Source of the DNA: a virus
IMG/VR virus record: IMGVR_UViG_3300029822_000002
Span: 2,107-66,106 of that record
DNA length: 64,000 nt
Reading direction: 5' to 3' (one strand)
This document shows, one piece after another, positions 1 to 9,169 of the stretch. The notes beneath the pieces were generated by a model. It had not been told where the DNA came from, did not search any database, and worked only from the letters and a program-made list of their open reading frames with translations. The first letter of the stretch is position 1. Each line of letters opens with the position of its first letter. The translations under genes were made by a program, and so were the position numbers.

Positions 1-1
1 G

Positions 2-169
2 AAAAAAGTACATGATTATTTAGCTGATATTCTAACAGATAGAATGGACGAAGTTATTGATTTTCCTATATATAGAAAAATAATTGGTAATGAATATGAT
101 ATTTTATCTAAAAAGTTTTTTGATGTTATAATAAATAACATGAATAATATCGAAAAAATTTGTAAATAA
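2..169 (+). CDS. Hypothetical protein, 3' part (truncated by window edge)
   Basis: Open frame from base 2 to TAA at 167-169. Confidence 0.5.
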   Translation, partial: KKVHDYLADILTDRMDEVIDFPIYRKIIGNEYDILSKKFFDVIINNMNNIEKICK

Positions 170-280
170 TAAACTTATGGGAAAATGTAAAAATTGTGAG
201 TATTATAAATACTATGAACTTTATAAAGAATTGAAAAAGAAGAATAAAAAGAAAAAGAAAAAATTAAAAACTAAATAATT

Positions 281-871
281 ATGAAAATTAAATTAACAAT
301 TGGATTAATAATCTTATTAATAACAAAATCATTAATATCATTTGGTAATAAAAATGATATATCTAAAAATTTTATTATAACAGAAAGATTATCAGTAATC
401 GGTAATAATTTTAATATAGATTCTAAATCAGGTCAAAAAATTGGTAATATCGAAGAAAAAGTAATTAGTTTTTCAACATCATTTATATTATATGATAAAA
501 ACGGTGATTTAATTGCAAAATCCAAAGAAACCATATTTAGTTTAGTTACACAAATTAAAATATATGATGAAAATGATAATTATATTGGTAAGATAGAACA
601 TAAAATATTTGAAAATTTATTTAGTATACAAAATACATATGCAATTTATGATAAGTATGATAAAAGATTAGGTACATCTAGGAAATTAGATTTATTTTCA
701 ACATCAGTAGATATATATGATAATTATGGTAAGTTATTAGTGAAAATAAAAAGACCCATGATAAATTTTATAACAGATAAATGGGAAGTTAATATTTATG
801 GTGATATAGATAATAGATTAGTAATGTTTATACCTTGTTATAAGACATATGCTGACAATAAAAGAAAATAA
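281..871 (+). CDS. LURP-one/scramblase (Tubby C-terminal-like) family protein with N-terminal signal/TM
   Basis: Repeated 'I.D..G..IG.I..K..S....F.I.D' beta units; hydrophobic N-terminus; C-terminal 'D.RL' pattern. Confidence 0.7.
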   Translation: MKIKLTIGLIILLITKSLISFGNKNDISKNFIITERLSVIGNNFNIDSKSGQKIGNIEEKVISFSTSFILYDKNGDLIAKSKETIFSLVTQIKIYDENDNYIGKIEHKIFENLFSIQNTYAIYDKYDKRLGTSRKLDLFSTSVDIYDNYGKLLVKIKRPMINFITDKWEVNIYGDIDNRLVMFIPCYKTYADNKRK

Positions 872-875
872 AAAT

Positions 876-1052
876 ATGGACATTAAATTAGATAATTATA
901 TATCTTCCGTAGTAAATGATTTCATTTGTTGGAAAAACGAATTATATTCTGAAATTAGAGGAGGTATATTAATGTATGATATTAAAGGATATTATAAGTG
1001 GTTAAATGAATCAGAATTATTAACATATTATATGGATTTTATTAAACTTTAA
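876..1052 (+). CDS. Hypothetical protein
   Basis: ORF track; ATG at 876 follows the stop of the upstream gene. Confidence 0.55.
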   Translation: MDIKLDNYISSVVNDFICWKNELYSEIRGGILMYDIKGYYKWLNESELLTYYMDFIKL

Positions 1053-1056
1053 TATT

Positions 1057-1257
1057 ATGATAGGATTTGAATTAAAAGGATTGATAGTAATATTATTAAT
1101 AATTACTATAATTATTAATTTTATAACTTACGATGAAAAACATACAAATAATGGAACATCACCAAAAAATAGGTTTTGGTGTTTACTTATTTTATCAAAA
1201 TTTTTATTTATATTTGCATTATATTTAAACGAACAAAACCCAATTTATCTTTTTTAA
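1057..1257 (+). CDS. Small membrane protein (2 TM)
   Basis: Two hydrophobic stretches. Confidence 0.55.
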   Translation: MIGFELKGLIVILLIITIIINFITYDEKHTNNGTSPKNRFWCLLILSKFLFIFALYLNEQNPIYLF

Positions 1258-1275
1258 AACTAAAATAATAAAAAT

Positions 1276-2223
1276 ATGGCAATAAAAATCTTTTCAGGTA
1301 CATCAATTCCCCAACTATCTAAAAAGGTAGTTGAATCCTATTTTAATAATAAGGAAGCAATTCTAAATGACATCGAACTTAAAAAATTTACAGACGGTGA
1401 AATATTAGTTCATTACAATCAATCGATTAGAAAAGATAATGTTTTCATTATACAATCAACAAATTCTAATGATAGTATGATGGAATTATTTTTAATGTTA
1501 GATGCAGCAAAAAGAGCATCTGCTAAAAAAATAACTGCAGTAATACCATATTTTGGTTATGCTAGACAGGATAGAAAAGATAAACCAAGAGTTCCAATTT
1601 CAGCAAAATTAATGGCTGATCTATTAACTACATCAGGTGCCAATAGAATAATTACACTAGATTTGCATTGTGATCAAATTCAAGGATTCTTTGATATACC
1701 TGTTGATCATTTAAGTTCTAGTTATGTATTCATACCATACATTAAAGAAAATTTTGATACTGATAATATGGTTATTGCAACACCAGATGTAGGTGGAACA
1801 AAAAGAGCAAGTCGTTATTCTAATGTATTACAAACAGATTTAGTCGTTATCCATAAAGAAAGATCAAAACCTGGTGTTATTTCTACAATGAAACTTATTG
1901 GAGATGTTCAAGATAAAGATGTCTTTTTAATTGATGATATAATCGATTCCGGTGGTTCTATTTCAAGAGCTGCTGATCTTTTGATGGAATCGGGTGCAAA
2001 ATCAGTAAGAGCTCTTATTTGTCATCCTATACTATCAGGTAACGCTTATAACAATATTAATAATTCTAAATTAACAGAATTAATTGTTACTGATTCTATT
2101 CCAATTAAACATGGATTAAGTAATAAAATAAAAGTATTATCAATTGATGAAATGTTGGCTAAAGCTATTAAAAGAGTTAGTAATGGTAAATCAATTAGTC
2201 AAGAATTATTCGGATCTTTATAA
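1276..2223 (+). CDS. prs: Ribose-phosphate pyrophosphokinase
   Basis: F.DGE, YARQDR, DLH, PDVGG..RA and DDIIDSGGS PRPP-binding motifs; 315 aa. Confidence 0.97.
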   Translation: MAIKIFSGTSIPQLSKKVVESYFNNKEAILNDIELKKFTDGEILVHYNQSIRKDNVFIIQSTNSNDSMMELFLMLDAAKRASAKKITAVIPYFGYARQDRKDKPRVPISAKLMADLLTTSGANRIITLDLHCDQIQGFFDIPVDHLSSSYVFIPYIKENFDTDNMVIATPDVGGTKRASRYSNVLQTDLVVIHKERSKPGVISTMKLIGDVQDKDVFLIDDIIDSGGSISRAADLLMESGAKSVRALICHPILSGNAYNNINNSKLTELIVTDSIPIKHGLSNKIKVLSIDEMLAKAIKRVSNGKSISQELFGSL

Positions 2224-2244
2224 AATATTTAATATATAATTAAT

Positions 2245-2487
2245 ATGGAAAAATCATGTTTGGATTGTTTATATTCTAATTATACAGAATCTACTTTATT
2301 ATTAAATAAGTGGGTTGATGATCAGTGCATGAAATGTGAACACCCAAATAGTCCATACTATGGTGAAATTGTTAATGATAAAAAAATATGTCGGTTATTT
2401 ATTGATGAAAAGGATTATTTTAAAAATAGAGATAGAGAAGAAAAAATAAAGGAATTAAAAACAAAATCTAAATTTAAGAAAAAATGA
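2245..2487 (+). CDS. Cys-rich hypothetical protein
   Basis: CxxC motifs; REEKIKEL tail. Confidence 0.65.
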   Translation: MEKSCLDCLYSNYTESTLLLNKWVDDQCMKCEHPNSPYYGEIVNDKKICRLFIDEKDYFKNRDREEKIKELKTKSKFKKK

Positions 2488-2876
2488 AAAACATTAATAA
2501 TTTTAATGAACAAACATCATATTGGAATGGGTTTTTTGATGTTGGTGTTATTAAAGATGAAGAAATTCTTAAACAATTATATAGATATGCATTATCATTA
2601 TCATATGATCATCATGTGGATGAATTAACTAGTATACAAAGAAAGAAAACTAACAAATTTACTGCAGAAGAATTTATTGATCAAAAATTATCATTAAATA
2701 CACATAATGTTGTTATTGATAGATTTGTTCAAGGTGGATATAATGAAAGTTGGAAATACGGTGAAATTGGGTGTAGAGTAATAAGTGCAATTGATTTTTT
2801 CCTATTTATATATGTATCATATGAAGATTTATATGATTTAGTTGAAAAATATAATTTACCAAAAATGTTAAGATAA
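2484..2876 (+). CDS. Hypothetical protein with CTS-like leader (MKNINNFNE)
   Basis: ATGA overlap with upstream gene; leader similar to other window proteins. Confidence 0.65.
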   Translation: MKNINNFNEQTSYWNGFFDVGVIKDEEILKQLYRYALSLSYDHHVDELTSIQRKKTNKFTAEEFIDQKLSLNTHNVVIDRFVQGGYNESWKYGEIGCRVISAIDFFLFIYVSYEDLYDLVEKYNLPKMLR

Positions 2877-3001
2877 ATGAAAGTTAAAGATGATATACAA
2901 ATAACAAAACTTTTATTTAATAGAATAATAATTCTTAGAATAGTAAATAAAAAAAAGAATAACTAGTTATTATTGGATTAAACTTTAAAAACAATTATAT
3001 T

Positions 3002-3259
3002 ATGAAAATAAAATTTAAATATTTAGGAAAAAACATAGAAATCACCTATAATGAAGATAATGGATATCTAGATTATGTTAAAGATTTAGATACAGATGAA
3101 TATTTAACTATTGAATCTAAATTTCAAGGTAGAGGTATTGATATTAAAAAAGAATCATTTATGATAGGTGGTGTAAGTGATGTATGTGATGCTAGATATT
3201 CTAGAATAGTAGAATTAGATATTTTCATACCTAGATTTATTTACATTAAAAATTATTAA
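3002..3259 (+). CDS. Hypothetical protein
   Basis: ORF track, co-oriented spacing. Confidence 0.6.
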   Translation: MKIKFKYLGKNIEITYNEDNGYLDYVKDLDTDEYLTIESKFQGRGIDIKKESFMIGGVSDVCDARYSRIVELDIFIPRFIYIKNY

Positions 3260-3262
3260 ATT

Positions 3263-3496
3263 ATGATAGAATTTATAGTTAAAGGTTGTAATGACTGCCC
3301 ATTTAAACAAATTAATTATAATGATTATGCAACTGGTCATGATACAATAGAATATTGTAATTTGTGTAAAATTATGGGAGATATAGAAAATATATTAGAA
3401 ATATATGATAGTTTTAAAAAAGATAAACCAACTGAAACTCCAATTTGGTGTCCATTAAAAGGAGATGGTATAATTATAAAAATTAAAAAAAATTAA
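3263..3496 (+). CDS. Cys-rich hypothetical protein
   Basis: CNDCPF, CNLC and P.WCPL motifs. Confidence 0.65.
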   Translation: MIEFIVKGCNDCPFKQINYNDYATGHDTIEYCNLCKIMGDIENILEIYDSFKKDKPTETPIWCPLKGDGIIIKIKKN

Positions 3497-3525
3497 ATAT
3501 ATTAAAAATAATATATAAATATATA

Positions 3526-4260
3526 ATGGGAAATAAATTTAGATTCATATTAGATTATTATGATTATATTGATAATATAGAAGAATTATCGGTTAATGAT
3601 GATATTAATATATTTAATAGTTTCAAAAATCAAACTAAAAATGGATCTTTAGTATTAATAGAAGGATTAATTAAAACATACCCAATAGAAAAATCTATAA
3701 ATATAATTAAAAAAAGATTCCCGTATTTAAATATATCTATTGAAGATGATGGTGAATTATATATTGATAATTTTAAAAAACAATTAAAAGAATATATACC
3801 ACTATTCAATAATTTAGGTTATTTTATTGCTCATTTAAAAATAGATAATGATACGTGGACAAAAGAAATAAATGATGATATAATACCATCTGCTTTATAT
3901 TTAGAAGCTAAGTATGATATAAAAATTGATAAAATCCCTAATAAATTATATCATGCGTCACCTCTAAAATTTAAAGATAAAATATTAAAATATGGGTTTA
4001 TTCCAAAATCTAAAAATAAAATATCAATACACCCTGATAGAATATATTTAACGGATGATATATTAACTGCTAAATTATTTGCTAAAAATTTAGGAAAAGA
4101 ATATAGTGAATATTATAAAGATGGTTATTGTATATATTCCATTGATGGTAAGTGCATAAAAGAACTATACAGTGATGTTAATTTAAGAAAAGGAGGATAC
4201 TATGTATTACATAACATACATCCAAAATGTTTTAAGATTGTATTTGAAGGTAAATTTTAA
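3526..4260 (+). CDS. ADP-ribosyltransferase-fold (Tpt1/KptA/Arr-like) protein
   Basis: LYHAS...ILKYGFIPK...PDRIYLT pattern; paralog of 5943..6632. Confidence 0.6.
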   Translation: MGNKFRFILDYYDYIDNIEELSVNDDINIFNSFKNQTKNGSLVLIEGLIKTYPIEKSINIIKKRFPYLNISIEDDGELYIDNFKKQLKEYIPLFNNLGYFIAHLKIDNDTWTKEINDDIIPSALYLEAKYDIKIDKIPNKLYHASPLKFKDKILKYGFIPKSKNKISIHPDRIYLTDDILTAKLFAKNLGKEYSEYYKDGYCIYSIDGKCIKELYSDVNLRKGGYYVLHNIHPKCFKIVFEGKF

Positions 4261-4270
4261 TATAAACTAA

Positions 4271-4483
4271 ATGAATAATACTTTAAAAGAATTAAAATTA
4301 AGAAGATTAAAAATATCTTCTTTAAATTGGTGGAATGATCTTCCTATACAAGATATTATGGGTAATCATGGGTGGGCTAATTTAACAATGATGTATTATC
4401 CAGATAGAGGTAGTTGTTATGGTTTAACTGATCATGAAATATTAAAAATATACTTAAATGAAATCAATAATAAAAATACTTGA
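4271..4483 (+). CDS. Hypothetical protein (SL.WWN.L family), paralog of 46945..47106
   Basis: Shared 'SL.WWN.L' and 'Y.LT..EI..I' segments. Confidence 0.6.
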   Translation: MNNTLKELKLRRLKISSLNWWNDLPIQDIMGNHGWANLTMMYYPDRGSCYGLTDHEILKIYLNEINNKNT

Positions 4484-4703
4484 TGATGTATCTAATGGTA
4501 AAATTAAACCTTTAGATGCACAAATTGAAATTATTAATATGTTAGATATTAATAAAAGAAAAAATGATGATAAATTCATAGGAAATGTATGTATGTCTTA
4601 CAGACATGATTTTGGATTAATGTCAGATGAAGATAGAGAAAAATTGATTTTTGAAGCAAAAGAATGGATAAGATCAATCACTAATAATTTACCTTATGAT
4701 TAA
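4458..4703 (+). CDS. Hypothetical protein
   Basis: ORF track. Confidence 0.6.
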   Translation: MKSIIKILDDVSNGKIKPLDAQIEIINMLDINKRKNDDKFIGNVCMSYRHDFGLMSDEDREKLIFEAKEWIRSITNNLPYD

Positions 4704-4735
4704 TTTGGAAATATTAAAAAATATAATTATATTTG
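4704..4735 (+). promoter_or_regulatory. Bacteroidota-type sigma70 promoter (-33 TTTG / -7 TAnnTTTG)
   Basis: TTTG 4704-4707, 20-nt spacer, TATATTTG 4728-4735, upstream of ATG 4754. Confidence 0.75.
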
Positions 4736-4753
4736 TATTTAAATTTATAAATT

Positions 4754-5287
4754 ATGAGTACATTTCTTCAATTAGCTACAGAATACGCTTGTAAAAAGCA
4801 CGATTTACCATCTGATTCTCAAAGATATGGGAATGAGTCATATTCTGTGCATCTTTTTGATGTTCTTAAAAATGCTGAAAAATACTCATATTATATTCCA
4901 GAAGATAAAGTAGATATTGTATTTAGTGCAGCTATGTTACATGATGTGATAGAAGATACTGATTCTTCTCCTAATAAATTAAAAGAACAATTTAACGAAC
5001 AAATTGCAGATATTGTATTTAGAGTATCTAATGAAAGAGGGTGGGATAGAAAGGAAAGAAACTTTAAAACATATCCTAAAATATGGGTTAGTGATTTTGC
5101 TATTTTTGTAAAATTATGTGATAGAATTGCAAACACTAAAAATTCAAAAGAATCAGGGCATCATATGTATAAAGTATATGTTGATGAATATCCTATTTTT
5201 AGATATGCTCTAAAAGTAAGAGGATTATATACTGATATGTGGGATGAACTAGATGAATTGAATAACTTTAGAACAATTAAATTATAA
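4754..5287 (+). CDS. HD-domain (p)ppGpp hydrolase, Mesh1/SpoT-like
   Basis: Y..HL, AAMLHDVIEDT, VKLCDRIAN motifs. Confidence 0.85.
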   Translation: MSTFLQLATEYACKKHDLPSDSQRYGNESYSVHLFDVLKNAEKYSYYIPEDKVDIVFSAAMLHDVIEDTDSSPNKLKEQFNEQIADIVFRVSNERGWDRKERNFKTYPKIWVSDFAIFVKLCDRIANTKNSKESGHHMYKVYVDEYPIFRYALKVRGLYTDMWDELDELNNFRTIKL

Positions 5288-5318
5288 TAATATAGAAAAT
5301 TTTAATTTCTTATCCGAT

Positions 5319-5420
5319 ATGGAATTTTGGTATGGTATTCTTGCAGTAGTTGGATCCGTTTGGATTATAACCACAGTTGGAAAATTAATTGGTAAATTTA
5401 TTGAAAAAATTAAAAATTAA
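5319..5420 (+). CDS. Small single-TM peptide (33 aa, below ORF-track cutoff)
   Basis: MEFWYGILAVVGSVWIITTVGKLIGKFIEKIKN. Confidence 0.45.
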   Translation: MEFWYGILAVVGSVWIITTVGKLIGKFIEKIKN

Positions 5421-5424
5421 AAAT

Positions 5425-5670
5425 ATGGGAACAATAGACAGTGTATTAGTAGAAATTGATAGCATGACAAAAAATGCAAATATTTGTAAAGAAATGATAA
5501 TAGATAAACTATTTAAAGATGGTATTATCAATCAAGAAGTTGCTTCTGAATATACAGAAAAATATCAAATAATTATTGTTAAAAAGTCATGGTTTAAAAA
5601 ATGGATGGATAAATTTTCAGATAATAAAGAAGATAGTTATGTTTATAAACTAGTTAAATTTGAAGATTAA
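5425..5670 (+). CDS. Hypothetical protein
   Basis: ORF track, ATG 5425. Confidence 0.6.
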   Translation: MGTIDSVLVEIDSMTKNANICKEMIIDKLFKDGIINQEVASEYTEKYQIIIVKKSWFKKWMDKFSDNKEDSYVYKLVKFED

Positions 5671-5700
5671 TAAATGTTAAATTTTTAAAAATTATAAATT

Positions 5701-5922
5701 ATGTCAGTATTTAAAAATATTAGAGAATATATTACTAATATCAGTGGTTTAAAAACATCAAATGAGTGGTATGATATAGTAAAAGATAAATTCAAAATTG
5801 AAATAATTGATCCTGATGGGTGGGATACAACTAATTTTCAATATTCATTTTATGAAGAAAAAATATTTTCATATGAGTTTATTGATAAGTTAGAACTATC
5901 TACTCTTAATTTTAATATATAA
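5701..5922 (+). CDS. Hypothetical protein
   Basis: ORF track; IIDPDGWD motif. Confidence 0.65.
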   Translation: MSVFKNIREYITNISGLKTSNEWYDIVKDKFKIEIIDPDGWDTTNFQYSFYEEKIFSYEFIDKLELSTLNFNI

Positions 5923-5942
5923 GAATAAAATAAAAATATAAA

Positions 5943-6632
5943 ATGTTAAAATTTAATCAATTTAAAGATGCCTTTGAAAATAAAAATGAACATTTAATCC
6001 AAGAAGGATTAATATACTCATTTTCATACTCTAAATTCAAAGAAAAATTAAATGATATTTTAACTAAATATAAAATAGATGAATATGAACTAATACAATC
6101 CGAAGATGGCATATTCTTAATAAATTTTAAACCCATTAAAGATATAAATTTATATAATGATATTATTAGTTTATTAAATATTTCTGGTTATTATATATCA
6201 TCTTATAAAAAAGACAGTAATGAAACAGAATATTTAAATTTAAACATTAATATTTTTATGAATAGTGAAAAATTAAATATTGTATTTAATAAAAATTTTG
6301 ATTTTGAAGATACAGGTATTAAATTGTTTTTATATCATGTTACAGATGAAAAACATATTAATAAAATAAAACAAATCGGATTAACATCGAAATCCAATAA
6401 AATAATAGATAATCATCCCGATAGAATATATTTATTTGAAAGTATTGATGATTTAAATTCATTTATATCTAATAAATCACAATATATTAAAGATTTTAAT
6501 CCTGTTAAATTAAAAATAAATATTAAATCTTTACCAAAACTAAAATTATATAAAGATCCAAAATATACTAATATCGACGCATATTATACTTATGATAATA
6601 TACCATCATATTCAATAAAAATAATAGATTAA
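5943..6632 (+). CDS. ADP-ribosyltransferase-fold protein with CTS-like leader
   Basis: LYHVT...IKQIGLTSKS...HPDRIYLF; leader MLKFNQFKDAFE...LIQEGLI. Confidence 0.6.
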   Translation: MLKFNQFKDAFENKNEHLIQEGLIYSFSYSKFKEKLNDILTKYKIDEYELIQSEDGIFLINFKPIKDINLYNDIISLLNISGYYISSYKKDSNETEYLNLNINIFMNSEKLNIVFNKNFDFEDTGIKLFLYHVTDEKHINKIKQIGLTSKSNKIIDNHPDRIYLFESIDDLNSFISNKSQYIKDFNPVKLKINIKSLPKLKLYKDPKYTNIDAYYTYDNIPSYSIKIID

Positions 6633-6633
6633 A

Positions 6634-6966
6634 ATGGGAAAATTTGTAGCTTACTTAAAACAAAAAGGTGAAGGTTGTGATTATACAATTGGTTGCGCAA
6701 GAACACTTATTACTATTGATGCTGATAATATGGATGATGCTAAAGATAAAATGATTGAAAAAATTAAGGAAGAATTTCAAGGAGAAACAGAATTATCATC
6801 ATGTATTATTTATGAAGTATCAAATGAAATTAAACTTCCTTTAAATTCTATCTATAAAGAAATAGAAGATGAAAAAAAATTAAAGAAACAAAAAAACGAA
6901 GAAGAAAAAGAAAAGAAAGAATTAGAACGATTAATTAAGAAATATGGAGATTTTAAAAAAGAATAA
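6634..6966 (+). CDS. Hypothetical protein
   Basis: ORF track. Confidence 0.65.
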   Translation: MGKFVAYLKQKGEGCDYTIGCARTLITIDADNMDDAKDKMIEKIKEEFQGETELSSCIIYEVSNEIKLPLNSIYKEIEDEKKLKKQKNEEEKEKKELERLIKKYGDFKKE

Positions 6967-6967
6967 A

Positions 6968-7135
6968 ATGAAAAATATACTTGTTAAATTGTTATATTTA
7001 TTAATTACTTTTATCATATTGGCATTAATAATGAAAATATTAAATATTGAATCAACATGGATATATCCATTTGTTGGATTTATTATTGGTTTTTTCATGA
7101 ATCCTATATTAAAAAAGTTTAAACTAATAGATTAA
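6968..7135 (+). CDS. Small membrane protein (2 TM)
   Basis: Two hydrophobic helices. Confidence 0.6.
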   Translation: MKNILVKLLYLLITFIILALIMKILNIESTWIYPFVGFIIGFFMNPILKKFKLID

Positions 7136-7137
7136 AA

Positions 7138-7395
7138 ATGTCAACATTAATAGAACTTAAAAAAGAATTAAAACCATATAAAAATACATTGGTTTTAGAC
7201 TTTTTTAATGTAGTTAGACTAGTAGATGTAGTAGATGGTGAAGAAGATTACTATTGGGTATATGATACACCAAATGGATTAAAACAATCGTCATGCGTAA
7301 TGGGATGGATACCATTAAAAGGAAAATTGAATGATGATGAATATAATCATTTAGTTAAAATTTGGAATTATAATAATACTGTTAAAGCGATATGA
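7138..7395 (+). CDS. Hypothetical protein
   Basis: ORF track. Confidence 0.65.
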   Translation: MSTLIELKKELKPYKNTLVLDFFNVVRLVDVVDGEEDYYWVYDTPNGLKQSSCVMGWIPLKGKLNDDEYNHLVKIWNYNNTVKAI

Positions 7396-7416
7396 AATTA
7401 TGATTCATATATTAAT

Positions 7417-7447
7417 TTTGTTTATTAAAAATATTTTTATATCTTTG
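7417..7447 (+). promoter_or_regulatory. Bacteroidota-type promoter immediately upstream of structured RNA
   Basis: TTTG 7417-7420, 19-nt spacer, TATCTTTG 7440-7447. Confidence 0.8.
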
Positions 7448-7450
7448 TAC

Positions 7451-7608
7451 TGTATTGATATTTGAACAAATTGGTAGGTAACCCGTTCAACTCGGTGTGT
7501 AAGTAGTGGTTACTATATCAGGTTCGATTCCTGACCGCAGAAATGTGAATGGTTGTAGAAAAGGAGGCATCCGCCTGTTGGTTCGAATCCAACTCAAATA
7601 TCAATACA
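7451..7608 (+). ncRNA. tRNA-like structured ncRNA with two T-arms
   Basis: 15-bp perfect terminal stem (7451-7465/7594-7608); T-arms TCAGG-TTCGATT-CCTGA (7518-7534) and GTTGG-TTCGAAT-CCAAC (7577-7593); higher GC than flanks. Confidence 0.75.
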
Positions 7609-7633
7609 CTTTAATTTTTAAATAAATATAAAC

Positions 7634-8008
7634 ATGATAGCAATAATTAATAAAAACTTATTTAAGGTAAAAGAAGGATACGTTATTACCAATGATGAAG
7701 AAATAAAAGAACCCAATATATTATATATTGATACATTTCAAAATAAAATTAGAACATCACTTTCTGATATTACTGAATATTCATCTTTTTATAAGTATGC
7801 TAAAAAAATTATTGCTACTATAAATTTTAAAATTGATAATATTCCATATGCAGAATTGTCTAAAGTAGATCGTAAATATACAAAAGAACAACTTAGGTTT
7901 ATATATGATACAGCAATTCATGCAACTTTAGGTGAATTAAATCATGATGATGAGTTTAATAGAGTATTATATTTTATAAATACACCAAAAAAATTGAATT
8001 TGAAATAG
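7634..8008 (+). CDS. Hypothetical protein sharing the N-terminus (INKNLFKVKEGYVIT) with 8045 and 9363 paralogs
   Basis: Direct N-terminal sequence similarity. Confidence 0.7.
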   Translation: MIAIINKNLFKVKEGYVITNDEEIKEPNILYIDTFQNKIRTSLSDITEYSSFYKYAKKIIATINFKIDNIPYAELSKVDRKYTKEQLRFIYDTAIHATLGELNHDDEFNRVLYFINTPKKLNLK

Positions 8009-8044
8009 AAAAAAATAATAAATTTATTATTAAAAATATAAAAT

Positions 8045-8728
8045 ATGAAAGCAAAAATTAATAAGAATTTATTTAAAGTAAAAGAAGGATACGTTATTAC
8101 CACAGACGATAAAGTTGAAATTGGTGATTATGGTATTGGATTTGCACATGGTATTCCTGCATCAGGTAGAGGATGGTATCTATTTAAAAATGATGGAACA
8201 CCAAAAGGTAAATTGAACGCAATATGTGAAGATACCAAAAAAGTTATTTACTCTTCATTTAAACTTGAAAATATACCAATGTTTAGTATACATGGATATT
8301 CTGATCCTTGGAAAGTTGGTAATATTATTTCTGTTACAACTAATAATGAATTAATGGAAAGTGAAGATTATCCATTGAAAGGAGAATATAAAAATAGTGA
8401 ATTTCAAACATATACTGGTGAAGTAGTAGAAGTTGATAAAGGATTAGCACTTAAATTGGATAATGGTATAATTTTTAAGACACAATGAACATATTGGTTT
8501 GGTTCTATTTTAGATCAAAGTGTATCTATAGTAAAAGAATCAAATGATTATGTATTTACATTAGACGAATTGAAAAAATTATATAGAAAATTTAATCGTG
8601 AAAAATCTTTTAAAGATGAATTTATTGAGTTTACGGATTATATAAAATCAATAAAAGATATACAAGAAATAGAAATAGAACAAAATGGTGATCAATTAAT
8701 TGTTAAAAATGTTAAAAATGGAAAATAA
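8045..8728 (+). pseudogene. Paralog of 9363..10046 interrupted by in-frame TGA at 8486-8488
   Basis: Frame stays open and homologous to TAA 8726-8728; same 684-nt length; TGA aligns to GGA (Gly) in the paralog. Confidence 0.8.
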
Positions 8729-9167
8729 TAATATTTTATTTAAAAAATTTAAATATATTGATAGTATTAGAATCTATACTCATATACATAATACAAAAAT
8801 AAAAGAATTATATCAAAATGATATTGTTAAATTAATTAAAGAATATACATCAAATGGTAAAACAATAGATTTAAAATCAGTTGATTCGTGGTTAAATAAA
8901 AGTACATTTGTTAATTTTGTTTTAAGTTATAATAAAGAAACTATTAATATAGAAATATCTGTAATTGAACAACCTAAACATTTTTATAACAAAAAGAAAT
9001 ATTATTTAGCTCAATTTACAGATTATCCAATAGAATATTTAAAAATATTTGAAGATGATATAAATTATAAATTTAATGAATATTGTGAAGATCTATATTA
9101 TAAAGAAGAAGAATCGAAAAGAAAAGAAAGAATATTAGAAATATCAAAAAAATTATTAGATGAATAA
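8718..9167 (+). CDS. Hypothetical protein
   Basis: ATG 8718 overlapping upstream stop. Confidence 0.65.
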   Translation: MENNNILFKKFKYIDSIRIYTHIHNTKIKELYQNDIVKLIKEYTSNGKTIDLKSVDSWLNKSTFVNFVLSYNKETINIEISVIEQPKHFYNKKKYYLAQFTDYPIEYLKIFEDDINYKFNEYCEDLYYKEEESKRKERILEISKKLLDE

Positions 9168-9169
9168 TT

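Noticed and set aside
1276-2223. NARP1 ADPR-PP synthetase
   Set aside because: Looks like a canonical full-length Prs and is not adjacent to a Nampt/Namat-like gene; substrate specificity cannot be excluded without assay
7451-7608. Canonical tRNA or tandem tRNA pair
   Set aside because: No recognisable anticodon arm, an over-long closing stem and no CCA; two T-arms lie inside one closing helix
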